Shown: piece after piece, positions 9,406 to 20,082 of the stretch
Layout of the letters: each line of letters begins with the position of its first letter
Numbering within the stretch: the first letter of the stretch is position 1
Notes under the pieces: model-generated
Database searches by the model: none
What the model was told of the DNA's origin: nothing
Seen by the model: only the letters and a program-made list of their open reading frames with translations
Virus record (IMG/VR): IMGVR_UViG_3300037721_000031
Span: 96,001 to 160,000 of that record
Reading direction: 5' to 3' (one strand)
Length of the DNA: 64,000 nt
From: a virus
Taxonomy: Duplodnaviria; Caudoviricetes
Made by a program: the position numbers and the translations under genes

Positions 9406-10941
9406 ATGAATGCTGATTCTATTATTAAAGGAATGGTACTGTACTGCGACGGTGGAACAAGACCCAACCCAGGATTTGGTGGATATGGAATTCACGGATA
9501 CATTTACAGCGCTGTAAGTCCAAGTAAAGGCATTGGCCGTAACTTCATCACTACGTCTCAAGGGTATTTAGAGCGTGGTAAGGATAATGAAGTAATTACT
9601 GTAAGTCAAACTGACTCTGTAGAAAAGTATTTGAATGACTCAGAATCTGTCTTAGTGACTCCTGTAACCTATGTCGATATTACAGGATCTATTCCTGGGA
9701 CAGCGACTAACAATACAGCTGAAGTCATGGCTATGACACAGGCATTACAATACGCATCAAAGCAACCTGATATTAAGTTTCTTCAGATTTTTACAGATTC
9801 TGAGTACACTAAAAATGGTGTAAATGAATGGGTAGACAATTGGGCCCGTAACAATTGGTTTAAATCTGACGGTAACCCAGTAGTTAATAAAGAATTGTGG
9901 ATGAGTTTGAAGACGATTCGTGACATCGTACTAGCCACAGGCATCTCTGTAAGTGTTGAGTGGATTCGTGGTCACGATGGCGCTGTTGGTAACGAGAAAG
10001 CAGACATGCTTGCGTCGATGGGTGTCTTTGATGCTCAGAGAAGTGTTATTGGGGAAACTGTAAAAGAAACAGAAGCAGAAGGTTACTGGAAGAATACGGT
10101 AACGCGTCATCCGTTTATTACTCATCGCAGGTGTTACTTTAGTTCACAATCTGAAATCGCGCCAGGTGTTTATCACTTAGGAGACCACGGTAAAGATGAC
10201 GAACTTTTGGGTAAGAAATCTAGTGAGGGGTGTTACTCGGTGGTTCAGTTGTTGGAACCTGACAGTGTTTTAGATTTGATTCGCAGATATCAAGCTAGTC
10301 TTACAGGATATTCTGATTCTATTTTTGCCATGCATTTGGATCAAATCTATAATGCGGATCTCTACAAGTCTCTCATGCTTTTTGGAGAGAAGGGTCTGGA
10401 ACCTCCAAGTGGATATCGTTTAGATATTAAACATGCGGATAAGACACCCCTTACACGAGAATTTAAGCCGGCACGGTTAGCATCACGCTCAATACAAGAA
10501 CTGTTAGAGTTAGAAATCTTACTGGAAAAATTTAAAACAAACTCTCCAGATTTGATAGTCAACGATATTACAGAAAACTTCTACGATACAGTTGAGAAAA
10601 AGATTCCCCCTAAGAAGGGTAAAAGTGAAGGTACTGTAGAGGTTAGTACAAAATTAAAGAGTGATATCGTTGTTGGTTGCAGTGAGATAACTGTGAAGTG
10701 TAAGCTGGTATCATCAGGGCAAGATATCTCTGAAGATTTGAAACTAACACTAGGGATAGATGTTTTAGATAGAAACGCTCTTAAACGGTTAGAAACGTTA
10801 TCTCCTAAGATATATGTAATAACTTGGAGCGTAAGTGATGTAGCCTATCGCTATGCTACAATTGTCAAGACATGTGACGACATTGGTATATGGTGCGGAG
10901 TATATAGTAACTTACGTATACTCGGAGCGGTAACTAAGTAA
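9406..10941 (+). CDS. rnhA: Ribonuclease HI with long C-terminal extension (phiKZ-type)
   Basis: YCDGG..PNPG.GG, TNNTAEVMA, FTDSEY, V.N.ELW, WIRGH.G..GNEKAD: full RNase H catalytic set. Confidence 0.9.
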   Translation: MNADSIIKGMVLYCDGGTRPNPGFGGYGIHGYIYSAVSPSKGIGRNFITTSQGYLERGKDNEVITVSQTDSVEKYLNDSESVLVTPVTYVDITGSIPGTATNNTAEVMAMTQALQYASKQPDIKFLQIFTDSEYTKNGVNEWVDNWARNNWFKSDGNPVVNKELWMSLKTIRDIVLATGISVSVEWIRGHDGAVGNEKADMLASMGVFDAQRSVIGETVKETEAEGYWKNTVTRHPFITHRRCYFSSQSEIAPGVYHLGDHGKDDELLGKKSSEGCYSVVQLLEPDSVLDLIRRYQASLTGYSDSIFAMHLDQIYNADLYKSLMLFGEKGLEPPSGYRLDIKHADKTPLTREFKPARLASRSIQELLELEILLEKFKTNSPDLIVNDITENFYDTVEKKIPPKKGKSEGTVEVSTKLKSDIVVGCSEITVKCKLVSSGQDISEDLKLTLGIDVLDRNALKRLETLSPKIYVITWSVSDVAYRYATIVKTCDDIGIWCGVYSNLRILGAVTK

Positions 10942-11038
10942 CTCTTAAAGTAGATCTCATTTTCTTATTTTTATAGTTTTGGATATATATTCTTTGAGAG
11001 CTAAATTAGTTCTCGCTCCTTAGCTATGAAATATTTAA

Positions 11039-11431
11039 ATGAGATCCTTAATACACAAACTCCTATCTGCACTTTTATCAAAGCTCCTGCCAGATAGAAC
11101 AAAGCGATTGGTCATGCTATCATCACTGTACGCATTAGTGTATGGTATCACTTCATTTGATAGTAAAATGGTCAATAAACTGAATCAAATCATGAATTTA
11201 AGTAGCGCTGATAAAGCATTGGAATTTCCAATGCAGTTATCGTCCGTGATTTGGCGTGGGGTGGATGGTAAGACAATAACTTATCCTAATGTTAATACAT
11301 ATGGAATAGATGAGATTATACTGAAGATAATGGATAAAATTCCACAATGTTTAGTTTACTCTGATAGACAAAGTATTCTCACAGACATCTCTAAACTTTT
11401 TACAGAAAGAAGTAATCTAATTCCTAACTAA
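11039..11431 (+). CDS. Hypothetical protein
   Basis: 130-aa ORF followed by a hairpin. Confidence 0.5.
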   Translation: MRSLIHKLLSALLSKLLPDRTKRLVMLSSLYALVYGITSFDSKMVNKLNQIMNLSSADKALEFPMQLSSVIWRGVDGKTITYPNVNTYGIDEIILKIMDKIPQCLVYSDRQSILTDISKLFTERSNLIPN

Positions 11432-11453
11432 GGGAAAAGATGATGTATCACGT

Positions 11454-11497
11454 CATAAACGCCCTACCACTGGTGATCCCGGTGGTAGGGCTTTATG
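11454..11497. terminator. Bidirectional hairpin terminator
   Basis: CATAAA(C)GCCCTACCACTG/CGGTGGTAGGGCTTTATG between convergent genes. Confidence 0.65.
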
Positions 11498-11514
11498 CTG
11501 CCTAGTATGTTAAG

Positions 11515-12054
11515 TTAAGCGGACCAAACATTAAAACCATCTAGAAATCTATTTTCTACCAAGATAAAATTACTACTATTTGGAGGAGGTATAGCTACAT
11601 CTGCGGATCCACACCAAAATAAAGAATGTTCTGCTGCGCGAATAACAATGTTATTCGTATCTTCATCCGTAATTTGATAATCTACGAAATCTTCAGCGCG
11701 TAATGGATACCGTAGTTGCGGATTAATTTGATCTAGAATGACTTGATGTAATGTGGTTGGCCAATCTGTAAACTCTATGTCTAAGTCCACACCAGAAAGG
11801 TGATCGAATAAGCTACGACGACGATACATGAATCCGCGGTGCGGACCAAATAGCCGTACATCGTAGACTCCAGAAACCTTAATAGGTATAAATGTATTAG
11901 GATCTGTCAGTACATCTGGTCTAGCATCTAGCTCAGAAGGGTGACCGTACTCAATAGAGTTTAAAGGTATACGTTGGCCAGTTGATTCGTAAATCAAGTC
12001 TGTTAGTAACTGATACTTTGTTTTACCAATATCATGCTCATCGATAATTACCAT
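11515..12054 (-). CDS. Putative baseplate/tail structural protein
   Basis: 179 aa; G.FMYRRRSL...IRAAEHSLFWCGS resembles the small Ig-like domains of phiKZ-like tail proteins as recalled. Confidence 0.45.
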   Translation of the reverse strand: MVIIDEHDIGKTKYQLLTDLIYESTGQRIPLNSIEYGHPSELDARPDVLTDPNTFIPIKVSGVYDVRLFGPHRGFMYRRRSLFDHLSGVDLDIEFTDWPTTLHQVILDQINPQLRYPLRAEDFVDYQITDEDTNNIVIRAAEHSLFWCGSADVAIPPPNSSNFILVENRFLDGFNVWSA

Positions 12055-12076
12055 TTATTCACCATACTTGTTAGCT

Positions 12077-13324
12077 TTATATTGCGGTAAGAATATCTGA
12101 TCCAATTCTCATGAACTGACATCTACTATTCTCAATAGGATCTCCAGGAGATACTGAATTATCGTACGAAACTAAGTCTTGCTCAGGTACAGTGTTGAAT
12201 ATATAGTTCCACTTTAAACTATCCTGGACAGTGACTGACCATTGATCGTGCTCTTTAGTACTCCAGTAATCTCCTAAAATACCATAACCTAAAGATAATG
12301 GATATTTTGGTTCTGTAAAGCTAGTATACATGTTAGGCAGCTTTGAACGCCGTAGTGTGTCGTACTCAATGAATAAATCTGGGTTATCTATAAATACTAA
12401 GAATGATTGACTTAAAGTAAACATCTTAGTAATGTTAATATCAGAATACAATTCACTTTCAACAACTTGATTTTCATTATGTATAAATTCTTCTAATTCT
12501 AAAGAACTCAAATCGATTATCTTACGTGATTCAAAGAAGCGTTCTCTCCAAGGAACATTAAGTATGTTGAATCCGTAGACAGTGTCCGAGATTTGGAAGA
12601 AGTTACGTTCGTCTAAAATATATAAATAGCCACCTACAACTAACATTGGATACTTTCCAGGCTTAGCTGTACCGATATCAATGTATACACGTTGTTTAAG
12701 TGGTTCATCTACATATCTACGATGAATCATTTGTTGAGTTATGGAAGTGAATTCTAATTCACCTAGATTCATGAAACTTGTAATACCCATTTGGTTCTCA
12801 CCAGAGATACGGCATGATTTCATTCCATCTAAGACATACACTCTATCACCATCAGTATCTGTTCTATGAAATAAACCATTTACAGACACTAGACAACTTT
12901 TAAAAAATAAATTATAATCTGTATTCGGCCTAGTGATAGACAGCCAGGTTCGTTCAGACAAAGGAATTGTTGAATCAACGTGACCGTTGGATGGGGTAGG
13001 TCTTATTTTATATCTAGCTTTAACAGCATCATTATAGTGAACCCATTTTGTTTCAACTTGATAAAGCTGATCTACAACAGGTAATGAAGCATTGCCAATT
13101 GATTGGAGATACTGTGGTAATGTTGAGGTTACAGCTATTACACTGTTTTTAATACTGCTAAGTAACAGTGTGCGATTTCCAGTGTAAAATGAATTACTTA
13201 AAACAGCATACACTTCTTGATAGTCGTGATATACGTCATTCAAAGCTATGCTTGAAATATCAATACTAACCCAGCGACTCCCAGCTGCTTTACGCTTACC
13301 GATCGCAGAAACTAGTGTGTACAT
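12077..13324 (-). CDS. phiKZ-like virion structural protein
   Basis: 415 aa; LVSVNGLFHRT and LVVGGYL motifs; divergent from the tail fibre genes. Confidence 0.5.
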   Translation of the reverse strand: MYTLVSAIGKRKAAGSRWVSIDISSIALNDVYHDYQEVYAVLSNSFYTGNRTLLLSSIKNSVIAVTSTLPQYLQSIGNASLPVVDQLYQVETKWVHYNDAVKARYKIRPTPSNGHVDSTIPLSERTWLSITRPNTDYNLFFKSCLVSVNGLFHRTDTDGDRVYVLDGMKSCRISGENQMGITSFMNLGELEFTSITQQMIHRRYVDEPLKQRVYIDIGTAKPGKYPMLVVGGYLYILDERNFFQISDTVYGFNILNVPWRERFFESRKIIDLSSLELEEFIHNENQVVESELYSDINITKMFTLSQSFLVFIDNPDLFIEYDTLRRSKLPNMYTSFTEPKYPLSLGYGILGDYWSTKEHDQWSVTVQDSLKWNYIFNTVPEQDLVSYDNSVSPGDPIENSRCQFMRIGSDILTAI

Positions 13325-13506
13325 ATTGGAATTTTCTATAAAAAGTGAACATACGGGGTGATACTCTGCCTCAAATAATGTGATCGACTGAAGCCCTAAA
13401 AAGTCATAATCAGTGTATCGAATAATTGATTTACTTTTTATTGTGAAAATGAATATCGTCTTTACTGTAAAAAGTAAAATCTTTCCTTAATAGAAGGTGT
13501 CCGCAA

Positions 13507-16500
13507 ATGACTACTGTGACTTACCCTTTTGATCCGACGGGGAGTAATCCACTTTCTCGGGTTACTAACGAACAACACGTTCTCACGTCGCTTAACAATA
13601 CAGAACTATATCAGACGGTTATACCGTCAGCAGCACCTTTCTTTACAGATAACGTTATTATCTCGTTTACGAATCCGGATACTTCGATTCGGGTACTGAC
13701 AGAAGGTGTTGATTACTACTTCACACATATTTTTATTTCAGCTGGTAAAGCTACCGCTAAGCCGCTAGCTGGTTCAATTACGTTCCTTGATACCGATATT
13801 ACTGGGGTGCTTCGTGTAACGTACCAGACTATCGGTGGAGCATGGAACCTGGATGATAATGAGATTGCTGAGATTCTCGCTAACCTGATTAAGAATCCTC
13901 GTATCACTGCATGGGAACAAATAACTGACTTACCGTTCCAATTTCCGGTTATCGATCATGAGTGGAATTTATCCGACATGGTTGGTGCTACGGAGATCGT
14001 GGAAGGCATCAACGGTATTCGTGATGCGGTTCTGGCTGGTAATGCAGGCGGTATTGCGGCTCACGTAGGTAACACAAATAATCCTCATGAAACTACTAAG
14101 GCTCAAGTAGGTCTAGGTAGTGTTGAGAATTATCCTATTGCAACACAGACTCAGGCGCAGGTGGGTACTAACAACACGGCTTATATGACGCCGTTACGAG
14201 TAGCTCAAGCCATTAGTGAGTTTGGTGGTGGTGACTTAGCTACACACGTTACGCGTACTGATAATCCTCACGAAGTCACCAAGTCGCAAGTAGGTCTTGG
14301 CAGTGTTGAGAACTATGGTATCGCCAGTACTGGTGAAGCTACGTTAGGTACTTCAGATATTAAGTACATGACTCCGCTGAAGGTTAAGACAGTTGTTGAT
14401 GTAGTCAGCGCTTCTCTTGTATCACATACTGCGAATCAGTCAAATCCTCACAATACGACTAAGAGTCAGATTGGCCTGTTCAATGTTCAAAACTATGATG
14501 TAGCAACAGCAGTAGAGGCTCAAAACGGTACAGTCAACGATAAATACATGACTCCGTTGAGAGTGAAACAAGCTATTACTGCATTGGCATCTGTTGACTT
14601 AACAACTCACTTGATGGATACTGCTAATCCTCATAGTACGACCAAAGCACAAGTAGGTCTGGGCAGCGTCGATAACTTTCAGGTAGCGTCGCAGTTAGAA
14701 GCTGAAGCTGGATTGCTAACTAATCGCTTTATGACTCCCCAGAGAGTAGCGCAAGCGGTTACTGCACAAGTCGGTCAAAGTTTTGTAGATCACTTGAATG
14801 CGACAAATCCCCACGGAGTGACTAAGGATCAAGTAAATCTTGGTAATGTTGATAATTATGTTACTTCTTCACAAGTAGAAGCTGAAGCTGGTGATCTGAA
14901 CACTAGGTTCATGACTCCTTTGCGTACAAAGCAAGCTATCGCAGTTCTCGCTTCTGGAAGTATTGCTTCACATACGTCAGATACTAATAATCCTCACAAT
15001 ACGACTAAGAGTCAGATTGGGCTGGGTAACGTTAGCAATTATCTGACTGCTGATCAAGCTGAAGCTGAAGCTGGTAATGCCACAGATAAGTACATGACCC
15101 CATTGGGTACTTACCAAGCGATATCGTTTCAAGCAGTATCTCCTCTGAATACACACACTGCTGATATAGCTAATCCTCATGCGGTAACTAAATCTCAAGT
15201 AGGTCTAGGTAGTGTTGAGAATTATACAGTAGCTACGCAAGTTGAAGCTCAGGATGGCACTCTTAACGATAAGTACATGACTCCTCTGAGAGTGAAACAA
15301 GCTATTGTAGCTCTTGCATCTGGAGATATTGCGGCGCATACGTTGGATATGGGTAATCCCCATAACACAACCAAAACGCAGGTAGGTTTAGGGCTTGTAG
15401 AGAACTATACTGTAGCTTCACAAGCTGAAGCTGAAGCTGGTAATGCCACAGATAAGTACATGACACCATTACGTACTAATCAGGCAATCGCAACGCTGAT
15501 TAGTGGTACTGTTACAACACACATTAGTGATCATAACAACCCCCACGTAGTGACTAAGGCCCAGGTAGGCCTCGGTAATGTTAGTGATCTTTCTATAGCC
15601 AGTCAGGCGGAAGCTGAAGCAGGTAGCAGTAATGCCGCCTACATGACTCCTTTGCGCACATACCAGGCTATTGCAGTATTAGCATCAGGGAATATTGCTT
15701 CTCACTTGGCAGATACCAATAATCCTCATAGTACTACAAAAACACAGGTAGGTTTAGGTAATGTTGGTAACTTCGCTGTAGCTTCACAAGTTGAAGCTGA
15801 AGCTGGTAATGCCACAGATAAGTACATGACTCCGTTGAGTACTAATCAGGCAATTGCATTACAAGCAGTTACTCCGTTAAATACACACATTGCTGACCAG
15901 AGTAATCCGCATAACACTACAAAGACTCAGGTTGGTCTAGGTAATGTTAGTGATTTCGCTGTAGCTTCTCAGGCCGAAGCAGAAGCAGGTAGTAGCAGTA
16001 CTGTATACATGACGCCTCAGCGCACCGCACAGGCTATTTCGTCTCAGGTAGGATCGACATTATCTACGCACGTTAGTGATACTAATAATCCACACAACAC
16101 TACTGCATCACAGCTCGGTGTATACACAACATCGCAAGTAGACACTGCACTTGCAGGTAAACTTGGAACAGCTGCAACAGCGGCTAATTCCAGCCTGTTG
16201 GAAGGTAAATCTTCAGCAGTACTTTCTAGTGAAATAACACTTGCAGCTATTGCAGCTATAGAAACTTCGTTTGCGCCTCAATTGTTGGCAGCTAAGATGG
16301 ACTTTGACGCAGGTCTTGGTTCATTCTATACTTGGGTTCAATTAGGTGGATTATCTCTAGATGATACGGCTGGTAATGAAAATAGTCCACTGTGCTGGTT
16401 AATTAGTGGAATTGGTTACAATGCAAATGAAGATATAGTCGGACCTAATTATTCATTGAATTCTTATATCCTGACTGCAACTATCGCTGAAAATGCTGAG

Positions 16501-17367
16501 GCTGATGATATTATTGTAAACTCACAGTTGAAGTATTTAACTAGTGGCGGTAATATCGTTGTTGAGTTTAGACAGAAAATTGACGTTGCTTTGAAAGAAG
16601 TCACTTACTACATCAGACTTCCTAATGGTCATTCTCAGTTCTCTATTACAAACCTCAACCCTCACGGTTTCCAAGGTATTGACATTTTAGATGTTGGCGC
16701 TAGTACTCCTGCAAGCACTACAGAACTGTTACCTACAGGCGATGGTGACTTAACTGCTCACACATCAAATACCAGTAATCCTCATTCGACGACTAAAACT
16801 CAGGTGGGGTTAGGGTCTGTAGAAAACTATGCTATCGCCAGTCAAGCAGAAGCTGAGGCAGGTAGTAGTGATGTCAAGTATATGACACCACTTAAGACTG
16901 CACAAGCAATCACTATTCAGGCTGGCGCTGCACTGACTACGCATACTTCGAATACCAGTAATCCGCATAGCACTACAGCTACGCAGGTAGGTCTTGGTAG
17001 TGTTAGTAACTTTGCTGTAGCTTCACAAGCAGAAGCGGTAGCTGGTACAAGTGCTGTTAAATACATGACGCCTCAACGTACGCAACAAGCAATTGATGCG
17101 CAGGTTGGTACTGCCGCTAATACTCACTATAGCGATCAGAATAATCCTCACTTTGTGAATCAGAGTCAGGTTGGATTAGGTAATGTACAAAATTACGGTA
17201 TTGCTAGTCAGGCTCAAGCAGAAGCAGGTAGCGATAATGCCACCTACATGACTCCGTTACGCACAAAGCAAGCCATTACCTTACAGGTGGAAGCTATGCT
17301 GAATACATTACTTACGGAAGTTACAGCTGGCTTTACAGCTATCTCCAACGCAATGGCTTCAGTGTAA
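13507..17367 (+). CDS. Tail fibre protein with 61-aa His-containing repeats
   Basis: N-terminal YPFDPTG anchor domain; 15 NPH units (one partial) with consensus H-x6-NPHxTTKxQVGLGxVxNYxxAxQAEAEAGxxxxxYMTPLRTxQAI; non-repeat insert at ~16110-16750. Confidence 0.8.
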   Translation: MTTVTYPFDPTGSNPLSRVTNEQHVLTSLNNTELYQTVIPSAAPFFTDNVIISFTNPDTSIRVLTEGVDYYFTHIFISAGKATAKPLAGSITFLDTDITGVLRVTYQTIGGAWNLDDNEIAEILANLIKNPRITAWEQITDLPFQFPVIDHEWNLSDMVGATEIVEGINGIRDAVLAGNAGGIAAHVGNTNNPHETTKAQVGLGSVENYPIATQTQAQVGTNNTAYMTPLRVAQAISEFGGGDLATHVTRTDNPHEVTKSQVGLGSVENYGIASTGEATLGTSDIKYMTPLKVKTVVDVVSASLVSHTANQSNPHNTTKSQIGLFNVQNYDVATAVEAQNGTVNDKYMTPLRVKQAITALASVDLTTHLMDTANPHSTTKAQVGLGSVDNFQVASQLEAEAGLLTNRFMTPQRVAQAVTAQVGQSFVDHLNATNPHGVTKDQVNLGNVDNYVTSSQVEAEAGDLNTRFMTPLRTKQAIAVLASGSIASHTSDTNNPHNTTKSQIGLGNVSNYLTADQAEAEAGNATDKYMTPLGTYQAISFQAVSPLNTHTADIANPHAVTKSQVGLGSVENYTVATQVEAQDGTLNDKYMTPLRVKQAIVALASGDIAAHTLDMGNPHNTTKTQVGLGLVENYTVASQAEAEAGNATDKYMTPLRTNQAIATLISGTVTTHISDHNNPHVVTKAQVGLGNVSDLSIASQAEAEAGSSNAAYMTPLRTYQAIAVLASGNIASHLADTNNPHSTTKTQVGLGNVGNFAVASQVEAEAGNATDKYMTPLSTNQAIALQAVTPLNTHIADQSNPHNTTKTQVGLGNVSDFAVASQAEAEAGSSSTVYMTPQRTAQAISSQVGSTLSTHVSDTNNPHNTTASQLGVYTTSQVDTALAGKLGTAATAANSSLLEGKSSAVLSSEITLAAIAAIETSFAPQLLAAKMDFDAGLGSFYTWVQLGGLSLDDTAGNENSPLCWLISGIGYNANEDIVGPNYSLNSYILTATIAENAEADDIIVNSQLKYLTSGGNIVVEFRQKIDVALKEVTYYIRLPNGHSQFSITNLNPHGFQGIDILDVGASTPASTTELLPTGDGDLTAHTSNTSNPHSTTKTQVGLGSVENYAIASQAEAEAGSSDVKYMTPLKTAQAITIQAGAALTTHTSNTSNPHSTTATQVGLGSVSNFAVASQAEAVAGTSAVKYMTPQRTQQAIDAQVGTAANTHYSDQNNPHFVNQSQVGLGNVQNYGIASQAQAEAGSDNATYMTPLRTKQAITLQVEAMLNTLLTEVTAGFTAISNAMASV
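14062..17280 (+). repeat. Intragenic 183-bp (61-aa) degenerate tandem repeats, fibre 1
   Basis: Recurrent AATCCxCAT, CAxGTxGGxxTxGG and TACATGACxCC motifs with heavy synonymous divergence. Confidence 0.85.
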
Positions 17368-17386
17368 GATAGTATTGTTAGTTTAC

Positions 17387-17437
17387 GGTAAATCTACAGT
17401 CAGTAAAAAGACTTGTAGATTTACCTCTTTTTTCTTT
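17387..17437 (+). terminator. Intrinsic terminator after fibre 1
   Basis: Stem GGTAAATCTACAGTC/GACTTGTAGATTTACC (1-nt bulge) followed by TCTTTTTTCTTT. Confidence 0.7.
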
Positions 17438-17460
17438 AATAATCGAAACGGATATTAATT

Positions 17461-20013
17461 ATGGCGACCCAGCTACCTCGCTATCCTCTTGACTCCACCG
17501 GTACTAGTCCTGATAACTTGGTAGTCGGTGAACAACATACATTACCTAACAGAACTATACGCGCACTAGCACCTCTGTACGGTGCATTTTTTACAGAATC
17601 TGTTGTGGTAAGGGATAGATCTAATAATCAAGTTCTCCAAAGAAATGTACAATATACCGCAACAGAACTCTATGAATTTCCTACAGGTCGCTGGGGAAAA
17701 GAAATTTGTGGTATCATTTTAATTACTGATGAAGCAGTCAGTAATGAAGTCGAAGTTGACTATCAGGCTCTCGGTGGTGAGTACAGTACCAATGTCGATG
17801 CAATTGTTTCGATGTTTAATGAAGCGATGCTGGAGCGACCTGTATCTTGGCCTAACATCTTAGGTCAACCGGATGATTTTAATCCGGCTGCTCACTTCCA
17901 TGATGTCGGTGACATTTATGGATTCGAATATGTTGTCAATGCTTTAGAGCGGCTTCGTACAGCAGTATTAATTGGTGATGCGGCATCTCACGAAGAGATC
18001 CTGAAATACATAGATAGACAAGATGAAGATATACGTGCAGACACCGCTGTTGTCTCTGGTAATCTAAGTGAACATACTGCAAACGTAAACAATCCTCACA
18101 ATACGACTAAGAGTCAAGTGGGGTTAGGTAGTGTTGAGAACTACCCAATAGCGACAACTACAGAAGCTCAGACAGGTACGGGTAATGCGTACATGACTCC
18201 AGCTCTAGTCAAATTGTCTATCGCGCCAGAGTTAACTCCATTTCAATCACACATTGCTAATACCAGCAACCCTCACAGTACAACAGCTACTCAAGTGGGA
18301 TTAGGTAGTGTACAGAATTACGATGTATCGACTCAAGCTGAAGCTGAAGCCGGTACCAGTAATGTTAAGTACATGACTCCGTTACGCACGTCACAAGCTA
18401 TCACTACACTGGCATTAGGACCTTTAGCAGTACATGCTGGTAGATCAGATAATCCGCACAATACAACAGCTACACAGGTAGGCTTAGGCAGTGTCAGTAA
18501 CTTTGCTGTAGCTACTCAAGCAGAAGCCGAAGCTGGTGCTAGCGGTACTACTTACATGACTCCGGCTCGTACTGCGCAAGCGATTACAGTACAAGCGTTA
18601 GGGCCTCTTAATACACATACTGCTCGTGTAGATAATCCCCATAATACCTCTAAATCTCAAGTAGGTTTAGGTAATGTTAGTAATTATGGTAATGCCGGTA
18701 TTACTGAGGCTCAAGCCGGCACCAGTGACAGTCATTTCATGACTCCGTTGCGTGTATCTCAGGCTATTAGTGCGTTAGCATTAGTACCTCTGAATACTCA
18801 CACTGCTCGTACTGATAATCCACATAGTACGACTAAATCTCAGGTCGGGTTGGGTAGTGTTGATAATTTCGCGACAGCTAGCCAGGCCGAAGCAGAAGCT
18901 GGTGTAAACGCAATTACGTTTATGACACCTCAGCGTACAGCACAGGCTATCTCTTTACAAGCTGTGGCTCCTTTGAATGTGCATACGGCTAGACAAGATA
19001 ATCCTCACAATACGACTAAGAGTCAAGTGGGGTTAGGTAGTGTTGATAATTTCGCGACAGCTACTCAAGCTGAAGCCCAGGCCGGTGCGAGTAATGCAAC
19101 ATTTATGACTCCTTTGCGTACAGCACAGGCTATAAGTGTTCAAGCGGTAGCTCCACTAAATTCCCACATTACTAACACCAGCAATCCTCATAGTACGACT
19201 GCTTCTCAGGTAGGCTTGGGTAGTGTACAGAATTATCCAGTAGCAACACAAATAGAGGCGGAAGGTGGTGTCAGTACTGTAACATATATGACTCCGTTAC
19301 GTACTGCTCAGTTAATAAATGTACAGGCAATTGCTCCTCTGAATACTCACATTGGTCGTACAGATAATCCTCATAGTACGACTAAATCTCAGGTCGGGTT
19401 GGGTAGTGTCAGTAACTTTGATATTGCTACTCAAGCAGAAGCCCAGGCAGGCAGTAGTAATGTTAAGTACATGACTCCGTTGAGTACTGCGCAAGCGATC
19501 TCGACTCAAGCCATAGCTCCGTTAAATACTCATACTGCCAGAACGGATAACCCCCATAGTACGACAGCTACTCAGGTGGGTTTAGGTAATGTTCAAAATC
19601 TTGGTTTAGCAAATACTTCTGAAGCCCAGGCCGGTACAAGTCATGCATTATACATGACACCATTACTTACAGCTCAAGCAATTAGTGCGCAAGCTTTATC
19701 ACCTCTAAATACTCACGTTGCTAGAACTGATAATCCTCACAGTACTACAGCTACGCAGGTAGGTCTTGGTAGTGTGAGTAACTTCGCTGTAGCTTCACAA
19801 GCAGAGTCTGAAGCGGGTAGCAGTAATGCTAAATACATGACTCCGTTAGGTGTGAATCAACGTGTAGCTGTCCACGTTGCTAGTGGTGATCATGACTCAA
19901 GGTACCCGCGATTGAATGCTAACGTATCTGCAGCCGTTCGTGAATCAGGTGGACAATTTCAAGCATTTATTGGTGGAGCTTGGCGTATTGTGTGGCCTCC
20001 TCAGTGGCAATAA
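17461..20013 (+). CDS. Second tail fibre protein (paralog) with 61-aa His repeats
   Basis: N-terminal YPLDSTG anchor, HFH motif, 10 NPH repeat units, short C-terminal tail ending GGAWRIVWPPQWQ. Confidence 0.8.
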   Translation: MATQLPRYPLDSTGTSPDNLVVGEQHTLPNRTIRALAPLYGAFFTESVVVRDRSNNQVLQRNVQYTATELYEFPTGRWGKEICGIILITDEAVSNEVEVDYQALGGEYSTNVDAIVSMFNEAMLERPVSWPNILGQPDDFNPAAHFHDVGDIYGFEYVVNALERLRTAVLIGDAASHEEILKYIDRQDEDIRADTAVVSGNLSEHTANVNNPHNTTKSQVGLGSVENYPIATTTEAQTGTGNAYMTPALVKLSIAPELTPFQSHIANTSNPHSTTATQVGLGSVQNYDVSTQAEAEAGTSNVKYMTPLRTSQAITTLALGPLAVHAGRSDNPHNTTATQVGLGSVSNFAVATQAEAEAGASGTTYMTPARTAQAITVQALGPLNTHTARVDNPHNTSKSQVGLGNVSNYGNAGITEAQAGTSDSHFMTPLRVSQAISALALVPLNTHTARTDNPHSTTKSQVGLGSVDNFATASQAEAEAGVNAITFMTPQRTAQAISLQAVAPLNVHTARQDNPHNTTKSQVGLGSVDNFATATQAEAQAGASNATFMTPLRTAQAISVQAVAPLNSHITNTSNPHSTTASQVGLGSVQNYPVATQIEAEGGVSTVTYMTPLRTAQLINVQAIAPLNTHIGRTDNPHSTTKSQVGLGSVSNFDIATQAEAQAGSSNVKYMTPLSTAQAISTQAIAPLNTHTARTDNPHSTTATQVGLGNVQNLGLANTSEAQAGTSHALYMTPLLTAQAISAQALSPLNTHVARTDNPHSTTATQVGLGSVSNFAVASQAESEAGSSNAKYMTPLGVNQRVAVHVASGDHDSRYPRLNANVSAAVRESGGQFQAFIGGAWRIVWPPQWQ
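18072..19860 (+). repeat. Intragenic 183-bp degenerate tandem repeats, fibre 2
   Basis: Ten units of the same consensus as fibre 1. Confidence 0.85.
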
Positions 20014-20082
20014 CAGTGATAATTAAAGAGCTTAAAATTACACCTCGCCAATATTTCATGAGTTACATACGAGGAATTCGTA

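Noticed and set aside
14062-19860. Regular ~183-bp repeats as a CRISPR array
   Set aside because: They are in-frame coding repeats with synonymous divergence and no unique spacers.
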